Assembly (NCBI GenBank): GCA_963805545.1
Contig: CAWDUU010000001.1
Coordinates: forward strand, 331,051-395,050
Length of the DNA stretch: 64,000 nucleotides
Direction of reading: 5' to 3'
Source of the DNA: an uncultured Actinomycetes bacterium
GTDB lineage: Bacteria > Actinomycetota > Thermoleophilia > Gaiellales > JAICJC01
Shown here: positions 46,927 through 56,862 of the stretch, in pieces
How positions within the stretch are numbered: the stretch's first letter is position 1
Layout: the number at the start of each line of letters is the position of its first letter
Translations under genes and position numbers: made by a program
The notes under the pieces: generated by a model
Databases searched by the model: none
What the model saw: the letters and a program-made list of their open reading frames with translations, nothing else
Told to the model about the DNA's origin: nothing

Positions 46927-47551
46927 GGATGTTCAGCGCCGTCAGGCGGGGCGGGGACTCGTCGAGCGCGACGACTGCGCAGTGGCAGTGGTCGAGCCAC
47001 ATCCGCCGGTGAAGGCCCGGCGCGACACCCAGCAGGACCGCGGTCACGAGCACGCGCGCCAGCGAGCCGTGCGTGGCCGCGACCGTCGTCCCGGGCAGGT
47101 CGCGCACGTCGTCGAAGAACGACCGGGCCCGGGCCACCGCCGACTCGTAGGTCTCGGCGCCGTCGGGCCAGACGGGGTCGCTCTCGGATCGCCAGCGGTG
47201 GAACTCGGCGGCCAGCGGGCCGGCCTCGATCTCGGCGCCGGTAAGACCCTCGAACGGCCCGGCGTCGATCTCGCGCAGGCGCTCGTCGATCGTCACCGGG
47301 GGGCGGCCGGGCGCCGCGGCCGCGATCGCCTCGCCGGTCGACCGCGCACGCCGAAGCGGCGAGCAGACGACGCGCTCGACCCGGGCCGCCGCCAGCCCGC
47401 GGGCCGCGGCGGCCGCCTGCTCGACGCCCTCGGGGGAGAGCTCGACGTCGGTCCGCGTCGTGAAGCGGCCCTCGGCGTTCCAGACCGTCGCCCCGTGCCG
47501 CACGAGCACGAGGAGCCGGTCAGGCTGCGGGGAGCCAGAGGCGCTGGTCAT
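46904..47551 (-). CDS. Histidine phosphatase (phosphoglycerate mutase family)
   Basis: LVRHGAT, SPLRRA, LREIDAG, ATHG. Confidence 0.92.
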   Translation of the reverse strand: MTSASGSPQPDRLLVLVRHGATVWNAEGRFTTRTDVELSPEGVEQAAAAARGLAAARVERVVCSPLRRARSTGEAIAAAAPGRPPVTIDERLREIDAGPFEGLTGAEIEAGPLAAEFHRWRSESDPVWPDGAETYESAVARARSFFDDVRDLPGTTVAATHGSLARVLVTAVLLGVAPGLHRRMWLDHCHCAVVALDESPPRLTALNIPARNIGV

Positions 47552-48407
47552 CGCCGATCGGGCCCTGCCGGACGGCCCCGGCGCCGGCCAGCCGCTCGAG
47601 CTCGGCGAGCGTCCCGGCGAGGTCGGGCGGATCGTTCCGGCCGCGGCACACCTGCGCCACCTCGACCGTTGTCAGGCCCTGGGGATACTCGGCGAGGAGC
47701 TCGGCCGGTTCGGGCTGGGAGCGGCGCGGGAGCTGCGGCGCCAGGTTCGCAACGCACACGTCGTAGGCCTCGAACGACTGGAACCCGCCCGCGACGAGCG
47801 TGCGGCCGTCGAAGCGGAACACCAGACTCGGCGCCGTGAAGCGGGCGCCGCCGTCGAAGATCGCGGCCCGGTCCTGGGCGATCGCCGGGTCGCCGATGCC
47901 GGCGGCGGAGCGGGCCTCGGCGCGGTCGGCCTGGTAGGCGTCCTCGACGGCCGGATCCGCCAGGTCGCGGATCAGCCGCTCGGGGTCGAGCCCGGGGACC
48001 GAGGCGCCGAGCTCGGCGAACGCCCCGTCCTCGTCGAGCAGGTGAAGCGACGTGAACCACGCCATGCGGACGGCACGCAGCATCCCGCGCTGGGCGGCAT
48101 CACCCTGGAGGCCGGCCGCCTTCACGGCGCGGCACATCCTCCCCGACGCGACCAGCCGGCCCCGGGGCGTGGTGAGAAGCGGCATCCCGAAGGTCTCCGA
48201 GAACCAGCGCCAGCCGTCCACCCGCGAGGCGGGCGTCGTGCCGCGCCGTTCCAGGTCGGCCGTGTCCTCGCGCAGCCCGATCGTGACCAGCCGCCAGGCG
48301 AGCCCGTCCCCGTAGCGCCACTCGAGCGCGCGCATGAACGGCTCGGCCGAGTAGGCCCACGGGCAGCTCGGATCGGTGTAGTGGACGACCTCCACCTGGT
48401 CCGCCAT
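47520..48407 (-). CDS. DsbA/FrnE-like thioredoxin-fold protein
   Basis: YTDPSCPWAYSAEP; PSLVF cis-Pro region. Confidence 0.8.
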   Translation of the reverse strand: MADQVEVVHYTDPSCPWAYSAEPFMRALEWRYGDGLAWRLVTIGLREDTADLERRGTTPASRVDGWRWFSETFGMPLLTTPRGRLVASGRMCRAVKAAGLQGDAAQRGMLRAVRMAWFTSLHLLDEDGAFAELGASVPGLDPERLIRDLADPAVEDAYQADRAEARSAAGIGDPAIAQDRAAIFDGGARFTAPSLVFRFDGRTLVAGGFQSFEAYDVCVANLAPQLPRRSQPEPAELLAEYPQGLTTVEVAQVCRGRNDPPDLAGTLAELERLAGAGAVRQGPIGDDQRLWLPAA

Positions 48408-48598
48408 CGCGGGAAGCGTAGATGCGAAAACCGGACGGCGTCGCCGCCGCCAGGAGCGGCGGCGGCGAGCGGCCGTTGTGCCCACTGATCCTGCGGAAAT
48501 GCCTCCCCCGGGATCCCGGCGGCGATCATACAGGGTTTTCCAATAACCGGGAAAGTCGAACGTGCGATGTGAGCGCGGTCACGTGCCACAATCCCGGC

Positions 48599-49141
48599 GT
48601 GGCAACCTACGCGGCCCTCCTCCGCGGCATCAACGTCGGCCGCAACAAGCGGATCGGCATGGCCGACCTGCGCGCGCTCCTGGAGGGGCTCGGGCACGAG
48701 TCGGTGAAGACCCACCTCCAGAGCGGCAACGTCGTCTTCATGTCGCCGAAGCGGAGCGACGCATCCCTCGCCGCGGCCATCGAGAAGGCGATCGCGGCCG
48801 AGCTGGGCATGGACGTGTCGGTCATGGTGCGCCGGTCGGCCGAGCTCGCGGCCGTCGTCGGGGCGGCGCCCTACGGAGGGCGGACGTCCGACCACAAGCG
48901 GCTCCACGTCGCCTTCCTCTCGGAGAAGCCCAGGGCCGCCGCGGTGAAGGGCTTCGGGATCGAGGAGTTCGCCCCCGACGAGATGACCGTCATCGGGCGG
49001 GAGGCGTACCTGCTCTACCCCGACGGCTACGCGCGCACGAAGCTCACGAACGCGGTGATCGAGAAGAGGCTCGGCGTGCGCGCGACCAGCCGCAACTGGC
49101 GGACCGTCGAGGCGCTGGCCGAGCTCACCGCGAAAGCGTAG
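48599..49141 (+). CDS. DUF1697 family protein
   Basis: YAALLRGINVG...MADLR...V.THLQSGNVVF...TSRNWRTV. Confidence 0.92.
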   Translation: MATYAALLRGINVGRNKRIGMADLRALLEGLGHESVKTHLQSGNVVFMSPKRSDASLAAAIEKAIAAELGMDVSVMVRRSAELAAVVGAAPYGGRTSDHKRLHVAFLSEKPRAAAVKGFGIEEFAPDEMTVIGREAYLLYPDGYARTKLTNAVIEKRLGVRATSRNWRTVEALAELTAKA

Positions 49142-49589
49142 GGCGGCCGACGTAGAGCACGCGGCCGAACGGCCAGTCGGTCCTGAGCCAGGCCGCGACC
49201 GCCTCGGCCAGCGGCTCGTCGAGCTCGGCCCGGTCCGACCGCACCCACGACGTGACGTTCGCGCCGGGGCCGTCCTTCAGCGGGTAGATGTAGAGGCAGC
49301 CGATCACGTCGCGGTCATCCGGATCGAGGACCGTGTAGGTGAATCCGGTGCGCCCGGCGAAGTCGCGCTGGTGCCGCTCCAGGTCGGCGCGGTTCTCGGC
49401 GAGCGTCATCTCGTGCGGCCACCTGCTCTCGGTGAACCCGGGCGTCGCGCGGATGTGGTCGGTGGACGACGTCCAGGCGGCGTAGTCGCGCTCGTTGTGC
49501 TCGGGCCCGAGCGGCTCGAGCAGGAACCGCGGGGCCGAGAGCCCGCGGGGCGGCTCGAACTCGGGTGGGACGAACGTCTCTTCGGTCAT
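49125..49589 (-). CDS. GNAT-like N-acetyltransferase
   Basis: LEPLGPEHNERDYAAW...FTYTVL...VIGCLYIYP...SWVR. Confidence 0.75.
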   Translation of the reverse strand: MTEETFVPPEFEPPRGLSAPRFLLEPLGPEHNERDYAAWTSSTDHIRATPGFTESRWPHEMTLAENRADLERHQRDFAGRTGFTYTVLDPDDRDVIGCLYIYPLKDGPGANVTSWVRSDRAELDEPLAEAVAAWLRTDWPFGRVLYVGRPTLSR

Positions 49590-49636
49590 GGCGGTTGAGG
49601 GTACCCCGCCGCGGCGGACCGCGTAGGGTGTTGGAC

Positions 49637-50104
49637 GTGGATACGCTGCCCCAGGGATGGCTCGAAGCGGCCCGGCAACCGCCGCCGCCCGCCGAGCGGT
49701 CGGGCGACTTCGACTTCTGGGTCGGCGAGTGGGAGTGCACCTGGCACGGCGGCACGGCCCGGAACTCGGTTCGAAAGATCCTCGGCGGTCGCGCCGTGCT
49801 GGAGAGCTTCGACGGGTCGGCCGACGCCGACCTGCGCGGCATCAGCATCTCGGCCTGGGACGCGGCCCGCGGCTGCTGGGCCCAGACCTGGGCCGACAAC
49901 CACGGCAACGTGTTCCAGCTCGCGGGAGGCCTGCGCGACGACGGGGCGATGGAGATCCGAACGGCGCCCGGCCTCGACGGCTCCGTGCGGCGGATGACGT
50001 TCACGAACATCGCGCCGGACGGCTTCGACTGGGAGTGGGCGGCGTCGGCCGGCGGCGGGTTCGAGCCGATGTGGGCGCTTCGCTACACCCGAACCGGCGG
50101 ATGA
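49637..50104 (+). CDS. DUF1579-like beta-barrel protein
   Basis: FDFWVGEW, W.QTWADN, FDWEW; TAGGGT -10 7 nt upstream. Confidence 0.7.
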   Translation: MDTLPQGWLEAARQPPPPAERSGDFDFWVGEWECTWHGGTARNSVRKILGGRAVLESFDGSADADLRGISISAWDAARGCWAQTWADNHGNVFQLAGGLRDDGAMEIRTAPGLDGSVRRMTFTNIAPDGFDWEWAASAGGGFEPMWALRYTRTGG

Positions 50105-51333
50105 CCGAGCCGGCCGAGGCGCGCGCCGCCCGGATCCTCGCCCGGCTCGACAGCCTGTTCGAGATCGGGCGCGCGGCCGGCACGAACCGGCCCGGCCTGG
50201 GGGAGGGCGAGCAGCGCGCGCACGACCTCGTCGCCGGCTGGATGCGCGACGCGGGCCTCGACGTGAGCGTCGATCGGGCCGGCAACCTGTTCGGGCGGGT
50301 CGCCGGGTCCGATCCGTCGCTGCCGGAGGTCTGGACCGGCTCGCATCTCGACACGCCGCCCGACGGCGGCCGCTTCGACGGCGCGCTCGGGGTCGTCGCC
50401 GGGCTCGACGCCGCGGAGGCGATCGGGCGCTCGGGAGGCGCGCGGCGGCCGGTCGCGGTCGTCGCGTTCCGGCTCGAGGAGGGGCCGCGGTTCGGCCGCG
50501 GCGTCTTCGGCTCGCGAGCGGTCGTCGGCGAGCTCGAAGACGACGAGGCCGACCTCCTCGATCCCGGCGGGATCACGCTCGGGCAGGCGTTCGCGGCGCT
50601 CGGCCTGGGCGAGGCGCTGCCCGACGGCCCGACGGTCGATCGCCACCCGGCGTGCTTCGTCGAGGCCCACATCGAGCAGGGGCCGTCGCTCGCCGCCCGC
50701 GGCGCGCCGCTGGGAGTCGTGACGTCGATCGCGGGGATGGCCGGGATCGAGCTCGTGTTCACGGGCCGCCGCGGCCATGCGGGCACGGTGCCGATGGAGC
50801 TCCGCGCCGACGCCCTCGCCGCCGCGGCCGGCTTCGTCCGCACCGCCCACGACGTCGCCCGCGGGCTGCCCGGCGCCGTCGCCACCATCGGCCGGCTCGA
50901 CGTCTCGCCGGGCGCAACGAACACGATCCCGGGGCGGGTCACCGCCTTCGCCGACCTGCGCGCTCCTGCCGCCGCCACGCTCCAGGCGCTGGTTGACGGC
51001 GCGACGGCCGCCGCCGAGGCGGCCGCGGTCGAGACGGGATGCCGGCTCCAGGTGGTGCCGCGCTGGCGCTACGAGCCGGTGGCGATGCACCCCGGGCCGT
51101 CCGCCGCCCTGCGCCGGGCCGTCGCCGCGGCCGGCTTCGACCTCGCCGAGCTGCCCTCCGGCGCGGGCCACGACGCCGGCATCCTGGCCGAGGCGGGGAT
51201 CCCGTCGGCGATGCTCTTCGTCCGAAGCGATGCCGGGGGCGTGAGCCATGCTCCCGAGGAGTCGACCGGAGCCGACGCGGTGGCGGCGGCCGTGACCGTC
51301 CTCGACGCGGCGATCCGCGAGCTCGCGGCATGA
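50101..51333 (+). CDS. M20 Zn hydrolase, allantoate amidohydrolase/N-carbamoyl-amino-acid hydrolase family
   Basis: GSHLDT, GRFDGALGV, EEG.RF, EAHIEQGP, GHAGT.PM, SGAGHDA, SH.PEE. Confidence 0.92.
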   Translation: MTEPAEARAARILARLDSLFEIGRAAGTNRPGLGEGEQRAHDLVAGWMRDAGLDVSVDRAGNLFGRVAGSDPSLPEVWTGSHLDTPPDGGRFDGALGVVAGLDAAEAIGRSGGARRPVAVVAFRLEEGPRFGRGVFGSRAVVGELEDDEADLLDPGGITLGQAFAALGLGEALPDGPTVDRHPACFVEAHIEQGPSLAARGAPLGVVTSIAGMAGIELVFTGRRGHAGTVPMELRADALAAAAGFVRTAHDVARGLPGAVATIGRLDVSPGATNTIPGRVTAFADLRAPAAATLQALVDGATAAAEAAAVETGCRLQVVPRWRYEPVAMHPGPSAALRRAVAAAGFDLAELPSGAGHDAGILAEAGIPSAMLFVRSDAGGVSHAPEESTGADAVAAAVTVLDAAIRELAA

Positions 51334-52439
51334 CCGACTGGAAGCGGCTCGCGCGGCCGTCGCTCCGCGACCTCACGCCGTATCACCCCGGTCTCACCCG
51401 CGACGAGTTGAAGGACCGGCTCGGCCTCGAGACCCTGGAGCCGCTGAACTGGAACGAGGATCTCTTCGGACCGCCCCGGGAGGTGCTCGACGCGGCCGCG
51501 GTCGAGCTCCAGAACGCGCCGTTCTACCCGGAGCGGGCCTACGCCGACTTCCGCGATGCCGCGGCGCGGGCGCTGGACGTCCCGGCCGAGTGCGTCGTAC
51601 CCGCGCACGGCGCCCAGGCGCTCGTCGCGGCGCTCGCGGCGACGTTCCTCGAGCCCGGCCGCACCGCGGTCGTGCCGGCGGTCACCTACGGCCTCTACGC
51701 GCACGTCTCGGCCGCGGCCGGGGCGGCGGTGGTGCGGGCGCCGATGCCGGGCATCGACATCGACCTCGACGCGATCGCGGCCCGGGCCCGTTCCGAGCGC
51801 GCGAACCTGGTGTGGGTGTGCGACCCGAACAACCCGACCGGCTCGCTGATCCAGCCGGCGGCCTGGCGGGCCTTCCTGGACGCGCTGCCGGAGGACTGCG
51901 TCGTCGTCGCCGACGAGGCCTACATGGACTTCGCCGACCCCGCCGCCCGCGCCGACCGGGCCCGTGACGTGGCCGAGGGCCGGCCGGTGGTCGTCATCCG
52001 CTCGTTCTCGAAGTCGTTCGGGCTCGCCGGCCTGCGCCTCGGCGTCGCCATCGCCGACCCCGCGGTCGCGCGCCTGCTCGACGTGGTGCAGGAGCCGTTC
52101 AACGTGAACCGGGCGGCGCTCGCGGCGGGGCGGGCCGCTGTCAGCCTCGACGGCTTCCTCGACCGGCGGCGGGCGGAGGTGGCCGCGGCGCGCGACGCCC
52201 TGCGCGACGCCCTCGACCGGCGCGGGCTCGTGAGCCATCCGTCGCAGGCCAACTTCGTGCTGGTCGAGCTCGGCGTCGACGACGGCCCGGTGTGCGACGC
52301 GCTTCTGGCCCGCGGCGTCCTCGTCCGGCCGGGGCGGAGCGTGGGGCTGCCGGGGACGGCCCGGGTGACCGTGGCCCCGGAGCCGCTCATGGAGCGGGTT
52401 GCGGAGATGATCGCCGAGGAGGCCGGACGGTCGAGATGA
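51330..52439 (+). CDS. Class I/II PLP aminotransferase, HisC-like
   Basis: LNWNE, DPNNPTG, DEAY, RSFSKSFGLAGLRLG, ANFVL. Confidence 0.88.
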   Translation: MTDWKRLARPSLRDLTPYHPGLTRDELKDRLGLETLEPLNWNEDLFGPPREVLDAAAVELQNAPFYPERAYADFRDAAARALDVPAECVVPAHGAQALVAALAATFLEPGRTAVVPAVTYGLYAHVSAAAGAAVVRAPMPGIDIDLDAIAARARSERANLVWVCDPNNPTGSLIQPAAWRAFLDALPEDCVVVADEAYMDFADPAARADRARDVAEGRPVVVIRSFSKSFGLAGLRLGVAIADPAVARLLDVVQEPFNVNRAALAAGRAAVSLDGFLDRRRAEVAAARDALRDALDRRGLVSHPSQANFVLVELGVDDGPVCDALLARGVLVRPGRSVGLPGTARVTVAPEPLMERVAEMIAEEAGRSR

Positions 52440-52466
52440 GCATGCCGTATGATGGCGTACCAATCC

Positions 52467-54098
52467 ATGCTCGTCGCTGACAGGATCGCCGGGCTGCTTC
52501 AGCGGGAAGGCGCGGAGCACGTCGTCGGGTTCCCCGAGAACCGGCTCGTGAACTCGGCCGCGGCCCTCGGGATGCGGCCGATCATCACCCGCACCGAGCG
52601 GGTCGCCGTCAACATCGCCGACGGCTTCGCGCGGGTCACGAACGGCGAGCGCCTCCTGCCCTGCGTCATGCAGTACGGCCCGGGCGCCGAGGCGGCGTTC
52701 GGCGCCGTCGCGCAGGCGTACGGCGACCGCAGCCCCATCCTGCTCGTTCCGACCGAGTACGCCGTGCCCGAGCAGGACGCCGGCCCGAGCTTCCGGAGCG
52801 AGGATGCCTACCGCCCGATCACCCGGTTCGCCGCCACCGTGAACACCCCCGAGGCGGGTCCGCAGGCGTTCCGGCGCGCGCTCCACGCCGTGCGCGGCGC
52901 CCGCCGGGGCCCGGCGCTCGTGGCGGTCGCAAACGACGTGATGAACGGCGACGCGGGCGACGCCGACTGGGATCTGCGACCGGTGACGCCCCGGCTCTCC
53001 CTGGCCGCGCCCGCCGACGTGGCCGAGGCGGCCCGGCGGCTGGCGGCGGCCCGCCATCCGGTGATCCTCGCCGGGCAGGGCGTGCTCTACGCCGGCGCCA
53101 CCACCGAGCTGGTCGAGCTCGCGGAGCTTGCGGGCGCCCCGGTCGCGACGACGCTGAACGGCAAGAGCGCCTTCCCCGAGGACCACCCGCTCTCGCTCGG
53201 CACCGCGGGCCGGACGCGGCCGGCGCCGGTCGACGAGCACTACGCGCGGGCCGACCTGATCCTGGGCGTCGGGACAAGTCTCACCCGCTCGCTCTACATC
53301 ACGCCGCTCCCGGCCGGCGCCGCCCTGGGCCAGATCGTGAACGACCCCGGCGACCTGGCGACCGGCTACGACGTCGACTTCGCCTGTATCGGGGACGCCC
53401 GGCTCGTGCTGGGCCAGCTTCTTGCCGAGCTGCGCGGCTCGGGGGAGGCGCAGCGGCCGTCGCCCGCCGCGGGCCTCGCGGCCTCCCGGGCGGCGTTCGC
53501 CGAGCGGTGGATGCCGAGCCTCACCTCCGACGCCGCCCCGCTCAGCCCCTACCGGCTGGTGTGGGAGCTGATGCAGGTCGTCGACCGCTCGCGCACCGTC
53601 GTCACCCACGACGCCGGCCATCCCCGCGACCAGATCGTGCCGTTCTACGAGACGGTCGTGCCGCGCGGCTATCTCGGCTGGGGCAAGTCGACCCAGCTCG
53701 GCACCGGCTTCGGCCTCACGCTCGGCGCGAAGCTCGCGCGGCCCGACTGGCTGGCGGTCAACGTCATGGGCGACGCCGCGTTCGGCATGATCGGCATGGA
53801 CTTCGAGACCGCCGTCCGGGCCGGCATCCCGATCCTCACGATCGTGATGAACAACGGCATCATGGGCGGCTACGGCACGTGGATGCCCGACGCCGTCGAG
53901 CGGTTCGAGTCGAGCAGCCTGGGCGGCGACTACGCGGCGGTCGCGCGCGCCCTGGGCGGCCACGCCGAGCACGTGCGTGAGCCGGCCGAGCTGCGGCCGG
54001 CGCTCGAGCGGGCCATCGCGAGCACCGTCGACGGCCGGGCCGCGCTGCTCGAGGTGATGACCCACGAGGAGCCGAACCTGCCGGAGGGAGCCGTCTAG
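52467..54098 (+). CDS. ThDP-dependent enzyme of unknown specificity
   Basis: ERVAVNIADGFAR, GPG, GKSAF, GDAAFGM...NNG. Confidence 0.88.
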   Translation: MLVADRIAGLLQREGAEHVVGFPENRLVNSAAALGMRPIITRTERVAVNIADGFARVTNGERLLPCVMQYGPGAEAAFGAVAQAYGDRSPILLVPTEYAVPEQDAGPSFRSEDAYRPITRFAATVNTPEAGPQAFRRALHAVRGARRGPALVAVANDVMNGDAGDADWDLRPVTPRLSLAAPADVAEAARRLAAARHPVILAGQGVLYAGATTELVELAELAGAPVATTLNGKSAFPEDHPLSLGTAGRTRPAPVDEHYARADLILGVGTSLTRSLYITPLPAGAALGQIVNDPGDLATGYDVDFACIGDARLVLGQLLAELRGSGEAQRPSPAAGLAASRAAFAERWMPSLTSDAAPLSPYRLVWELMQVVDRSRTVVTHDAGHPRDQIVPFYETVVPRGYLGWGKSTQLGTGFGLTLGAKLARPDWLAVNVMGDAAFGMIGMDFETAVRAGIPILTIVMNNGIMGGYGTWMPDAVERFESSSLGGDYAAVARALGGHAEHVREPAELRPALERAIASTVDGRAALLEVMTHEEPNLPEGAV

Positions 54099-54820
54099 TG
54101 CTCGGGGTCCTGACCTGCCCAGGTCGCCGAGACGTGCCCGAGATGATCGAGCATCGCCCGCCGGGCCGCCTCCGGATCGTGCCCGGCGATCCCGTCGCGG
54201 ATCCTGCGGTGCATCTCCACGACGAGCCGGCGCTCGTCGCGCCCCTTCGACAGGTTCCGGCGCCGCACCTCGAGCAGCATCTCGCCCATGCTGTCGTGCA
54301 GGACCAGGAAGAGCTCGTTGTGGGTCGCCGTGGCGATGGCCCGGTGGAACGCGAGGTCGTGAAGGACGCTCTTCTCGAGGTCGTGGCACTCGTTCTCGAG
54401 CGCCGCGATGGTCTCGTCCATCGCGGCGACGTCCTCCTCGGTGGCGCGCTCGGCGGCGAGCCCGGCGGCGGCCACCTCGAGCACGTGGCGGACCTCGTTG
54501 ACCTTGCCGTAGTCGAGCCGGCTGCCGCGCACGAAGTGCCGCATCGACTCGCGCACGGTGCCCTCGTCGACGGCCACGATGCGGACGCCGCTTCCGCTTC
54601 GCACCTCGAGGAGCCCCTTGGCGGCCAGCGCCCGCACGGCCTCGCGGATGACCGTCCGCGACACGCCGAACTGGCGTCCCAGCTCGCGCTCGGGCGGGAG
54701 CGGATCGCCGGGCTTGAGCTCGTTCGACGCGATCGTCTCGAGGATCGCCTCGGTCACCTTGTCCGACAGGCGGGCCTCGCGGTTGACCGCCTGGAAGACC
54801 TGAGGCGCGCCGTTGCTCAC
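54095..54820 (-). CDS. GntR/FadR family regulator
   Basis: LPPERELGRQFGVSRTVIREA; FCD motifs DLAFH...HNE, H..I...I. Confidence 0.93.
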   Translation of the reverse strand: MSNGAPQVFQAVNREARLSDKVTEAILETIASNELKPGDPLPPERELGRQFGVSRTVIREAVRALAAKGLLEVRSGSGVRIVAVDEGTVRESMRHFVRGSRLDYGKVNEVRHVLEVAAAGLAAERATEEDVAAMDETIAALENECHDLEKSVLHDLAFHRAIATATHNELFLVLHDSMGEMLLEVRRRNLSKGRDERRLVVEMHRRIRDGIAGHDPEAARRAMLDHLGHVSATWAGQDPEH

Positions 54821-54884
54821 CGTGCCGAACACTCTAACGGATGTTGCACCTCGAATCCGGGAAGGGCCGGATAGACTCGCCGCG

Positions 54885-55319
54885 ATGGGCGACTCGCTCA
54901 AGGCATCGGCCACGCTGCGATGGCGGGGCTATCTGGGGGAGATCGAGGGCGGCTCGGGCGCGCTCTCGGTGGCGACCGCGACCCAGTCCGAGCTGGGCGG
55001 GCCGGGAGGCAAGTCGAATCCCGAGGAGCTCTTCTCGGCGGCGCTCGCCAACTGCTTCACCTCGACGCTGACCAGCATGGCGCGGGCGCGCGAGATCCCG
55101 CTCGGCGAGATCGAGACGCGGGTCGCGACCAGGCTCGCCTGGGGGAACGGCGAGGGCCATCACCTGTCCGACGCCGAGCTCCACACGCGGGTCGAGTCGC
55201 CGGCACCCGAGGCCGAGGTGCGGGCCCTGATCGCCGACGCCGAGGCCCAGTGCCCGGTCTGCCGGGCGATCTCGGGCCAGATGGCGCTTCGCGTCACCGC
55301 CGACGTGGTCGCCGTATGA
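54885..55319 (+). CDS. OsmC/Ohr family peroxiredoxin
   Basis: NPEELFSAALANCF, CPVC; TAGACT -10 7 nt upstream. Confidence 0.9.
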   Translation: MGDSLKASATLRWRGYLGEIEGGSGALSVATATQSELGGPGGKSNPEELFSAALANCFTSTLTSMARAREIPLGEIETRVATRLAWGNGEGHHLSDAELHTRVESPAPEAEVRALIADAEAQCPVCRAISGQMALRVTADVVAV

Positions 55320-55948
55320 GCCTCGTCCTCTACTCGAACCCGGCGTCGAGCAACGCGATGAAGGTGCGCTTCCTGCTGGCGGAGCTCGGTCTCGAGTACG
55401 AGCGCAAGCACGTCCCGCTCGCGCGGCCGCGGCCCGGCTGGTACGTCGAGATCTACCCGTTCGGGACGATTCCGTTCCTGCGCGACGGCGACTTCGAGCT
55501 GGGCGAGTCGAACGCGATGCTGCGCTACCTGGCCGACCGGGAGGGGCGGGCCGACCTCTATCCGCGCGACGGGCGCGAGCGGGCGCGGGTCGACTGGGCG
55601 CTCGACGCCTGGAGCACGCAGTTTCGGGGCACGTTCTTCCCGGCCGAGCGGATCGGGCTCATGGCGACCGACATCGACCAGGGCGGCAGCCGCCCCGAGG
55701 ACGCCGACCAGGCCGAGCTGGCGGCCGCGATCGAGGCGGTCAAGCCGAAGCTCGACCTGATGGAGCGGTTCGTGGCCGGGAACGGCACCGTGCTCGGCAC
55801 GTTCACGATCGCCGACTGCGCGTTCGCGCCGGTCCTCTGGCGCTGGTACCGGATGCCGCTCGCGTTCGACCCCTGGCCGAAGGTGTCGCTCCTGCGCGAC
55901 ACGGTCACCGCCCGGCCGGCGTTCGCCGCGATGGAGCCGCTCGCATGA
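55316..55948 (+). CDS. Glutathione S-transferase family protein
   Basis: SSNAMKVRFLL, PFGTIP, LGESNAMLRYLA, FTIAD. Confidence 0.9.
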   Translation: MSLVLYSNPASSNAMKVRFLLAELGLEYERKHVPLARPRPGWYVEIYPFGTIPFLRDGDFELGESNAMLRYLADREGRADLYPRDGRERARVDWALDAWSTQFRGTFFPAERIGLMATDIDQGGSRPEDADQAELAAAIEAVKPKLDLMERFVAGNGTVLGTFTIADCAFAPVLWRWYRMPLAFDPWPKVSLLRDTVTARPAFAAMEPLA

Positions 55949-56862
55949 ACATCCCCGACGCGGTCCGGGCCCGCGATCTGGTCGGCCACGGCCGCACCCC
56001 GCCCAGGTGGGAGTGGCCGGGCGGCGCGCAGGTGGCGATCAACCTCGTGCTCGTCTACGAGGAGGGCTCGGAGTACTCGGTCATGTGGGGCGACGACCGA
56101 AACGACGGCTGGGGCGAGTACGCCGAGCCCGGCGTGCAGCCGCCGCAGCGCGACCCCGGCACCGAGTCGCACTACGAGTACGGCAGCCGGGCCGGCGTGT
56201 GGCGGCTGGCGCGGATCTTCGACTCGTTCGACGTGCCCGTGACGGTGTCGGCTGCCGCCGTCGCCCTGGAGCTGAATCCCGCCGTCGCGGCGTGGATGCG
56301 CGAGCACGAGCACGACCTGCTCGGCCATGGGTGGCGCTGGACCGAGGCCTGGACGTACTCGCGCGAGGAGGAGGGCGAGTTGATCCGGCGGGCGGTGGAG
56401 ACGTACGAGCGGGTGCTCGGCGCGCGGCCGGACGGCTGGAACTCGCGCGGCTGGCCGAGCGAGAACACGCGCGGCCTTCTGCGCGAGATCGGCGGGTTCC
56501 TGTACCACTCGGAGGGATCGGCCGACGACGTCCCCTACTACGAGGTGGTCGACTCCGAGCCGATGCTGGTCGTGCCGTACTCCAAGACCTACAACGACTC
56601 GCGCTTCCTGATGAACCCGGGCTTCGCGAGCCCGCGCGACTTCCTCGACACCTGCGTGATGGGGCTCGACGAGCTCCTGCGCGAGGGCGAGACGCGGCGC
56701 ACGATGATGACGGTCGCGGTGCACGCGCGCTGGAGCGGGCAGGCCGCACGGGCCGCCGCGCTCAGGATGTTCCTGGACCATGCCGCGAAGCAGCCGGGCG
56801 TCAGGTTCATGCGCCGCCGCGACATCGCCCGCTGGTGGCTCGACACCCACCCGCCGGCGTGA
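55945..56862 (+). CDS. PuuE-like allantoinase / CE4 deacetylase-fold protein
   Basis: RDLVGHG...WPGGA...YEEG, ESHYEYGSRAGVWRL, GHGWRW, NDSRF. Confidence 0.85.
   Translation: MNIPDAVRARDLVGHGRTPPRWEWPGGAQVAINLVLVYEEGSEYSVMWGDDRNDGWGEYAEPGVQPPQRDPGTESHYEYGSRAGVWRLARIFDSFDVPVTVSAAAVALELNPAVAAWMREHEHDLLGHGWRWTEAWTYSREEEGELIRRAVETYERVLGARPDGWNSRGWPSENTRGLLREIGGFLYHSEGSADDVPYYEVVDSEPMLVVPYSKTYNDSRFLMNPGFASPRDFLDTCVMGLDELLREGETRRTMMTVAVHARWSGQAARAAALRMFLDHAAKQPGVRFMRRRDIARWWLDTHPPA

Noticed and set aside
48441-48468. 11-bp hairpin TCGCCGCCGCC/GGCGGCGGCGA as terminator or repeat
   Set aside because: Lies between divergent genes, has no U-tract, is low-complexity GCC, and no second copy was seen.
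52448-52466. FadR operators (TGGCGTACCA here; TGGTCTGATAG at ~61294)
   Set aside because: Each deviates from GntR/FadR palindromes and they do not agree with each other; too weak.
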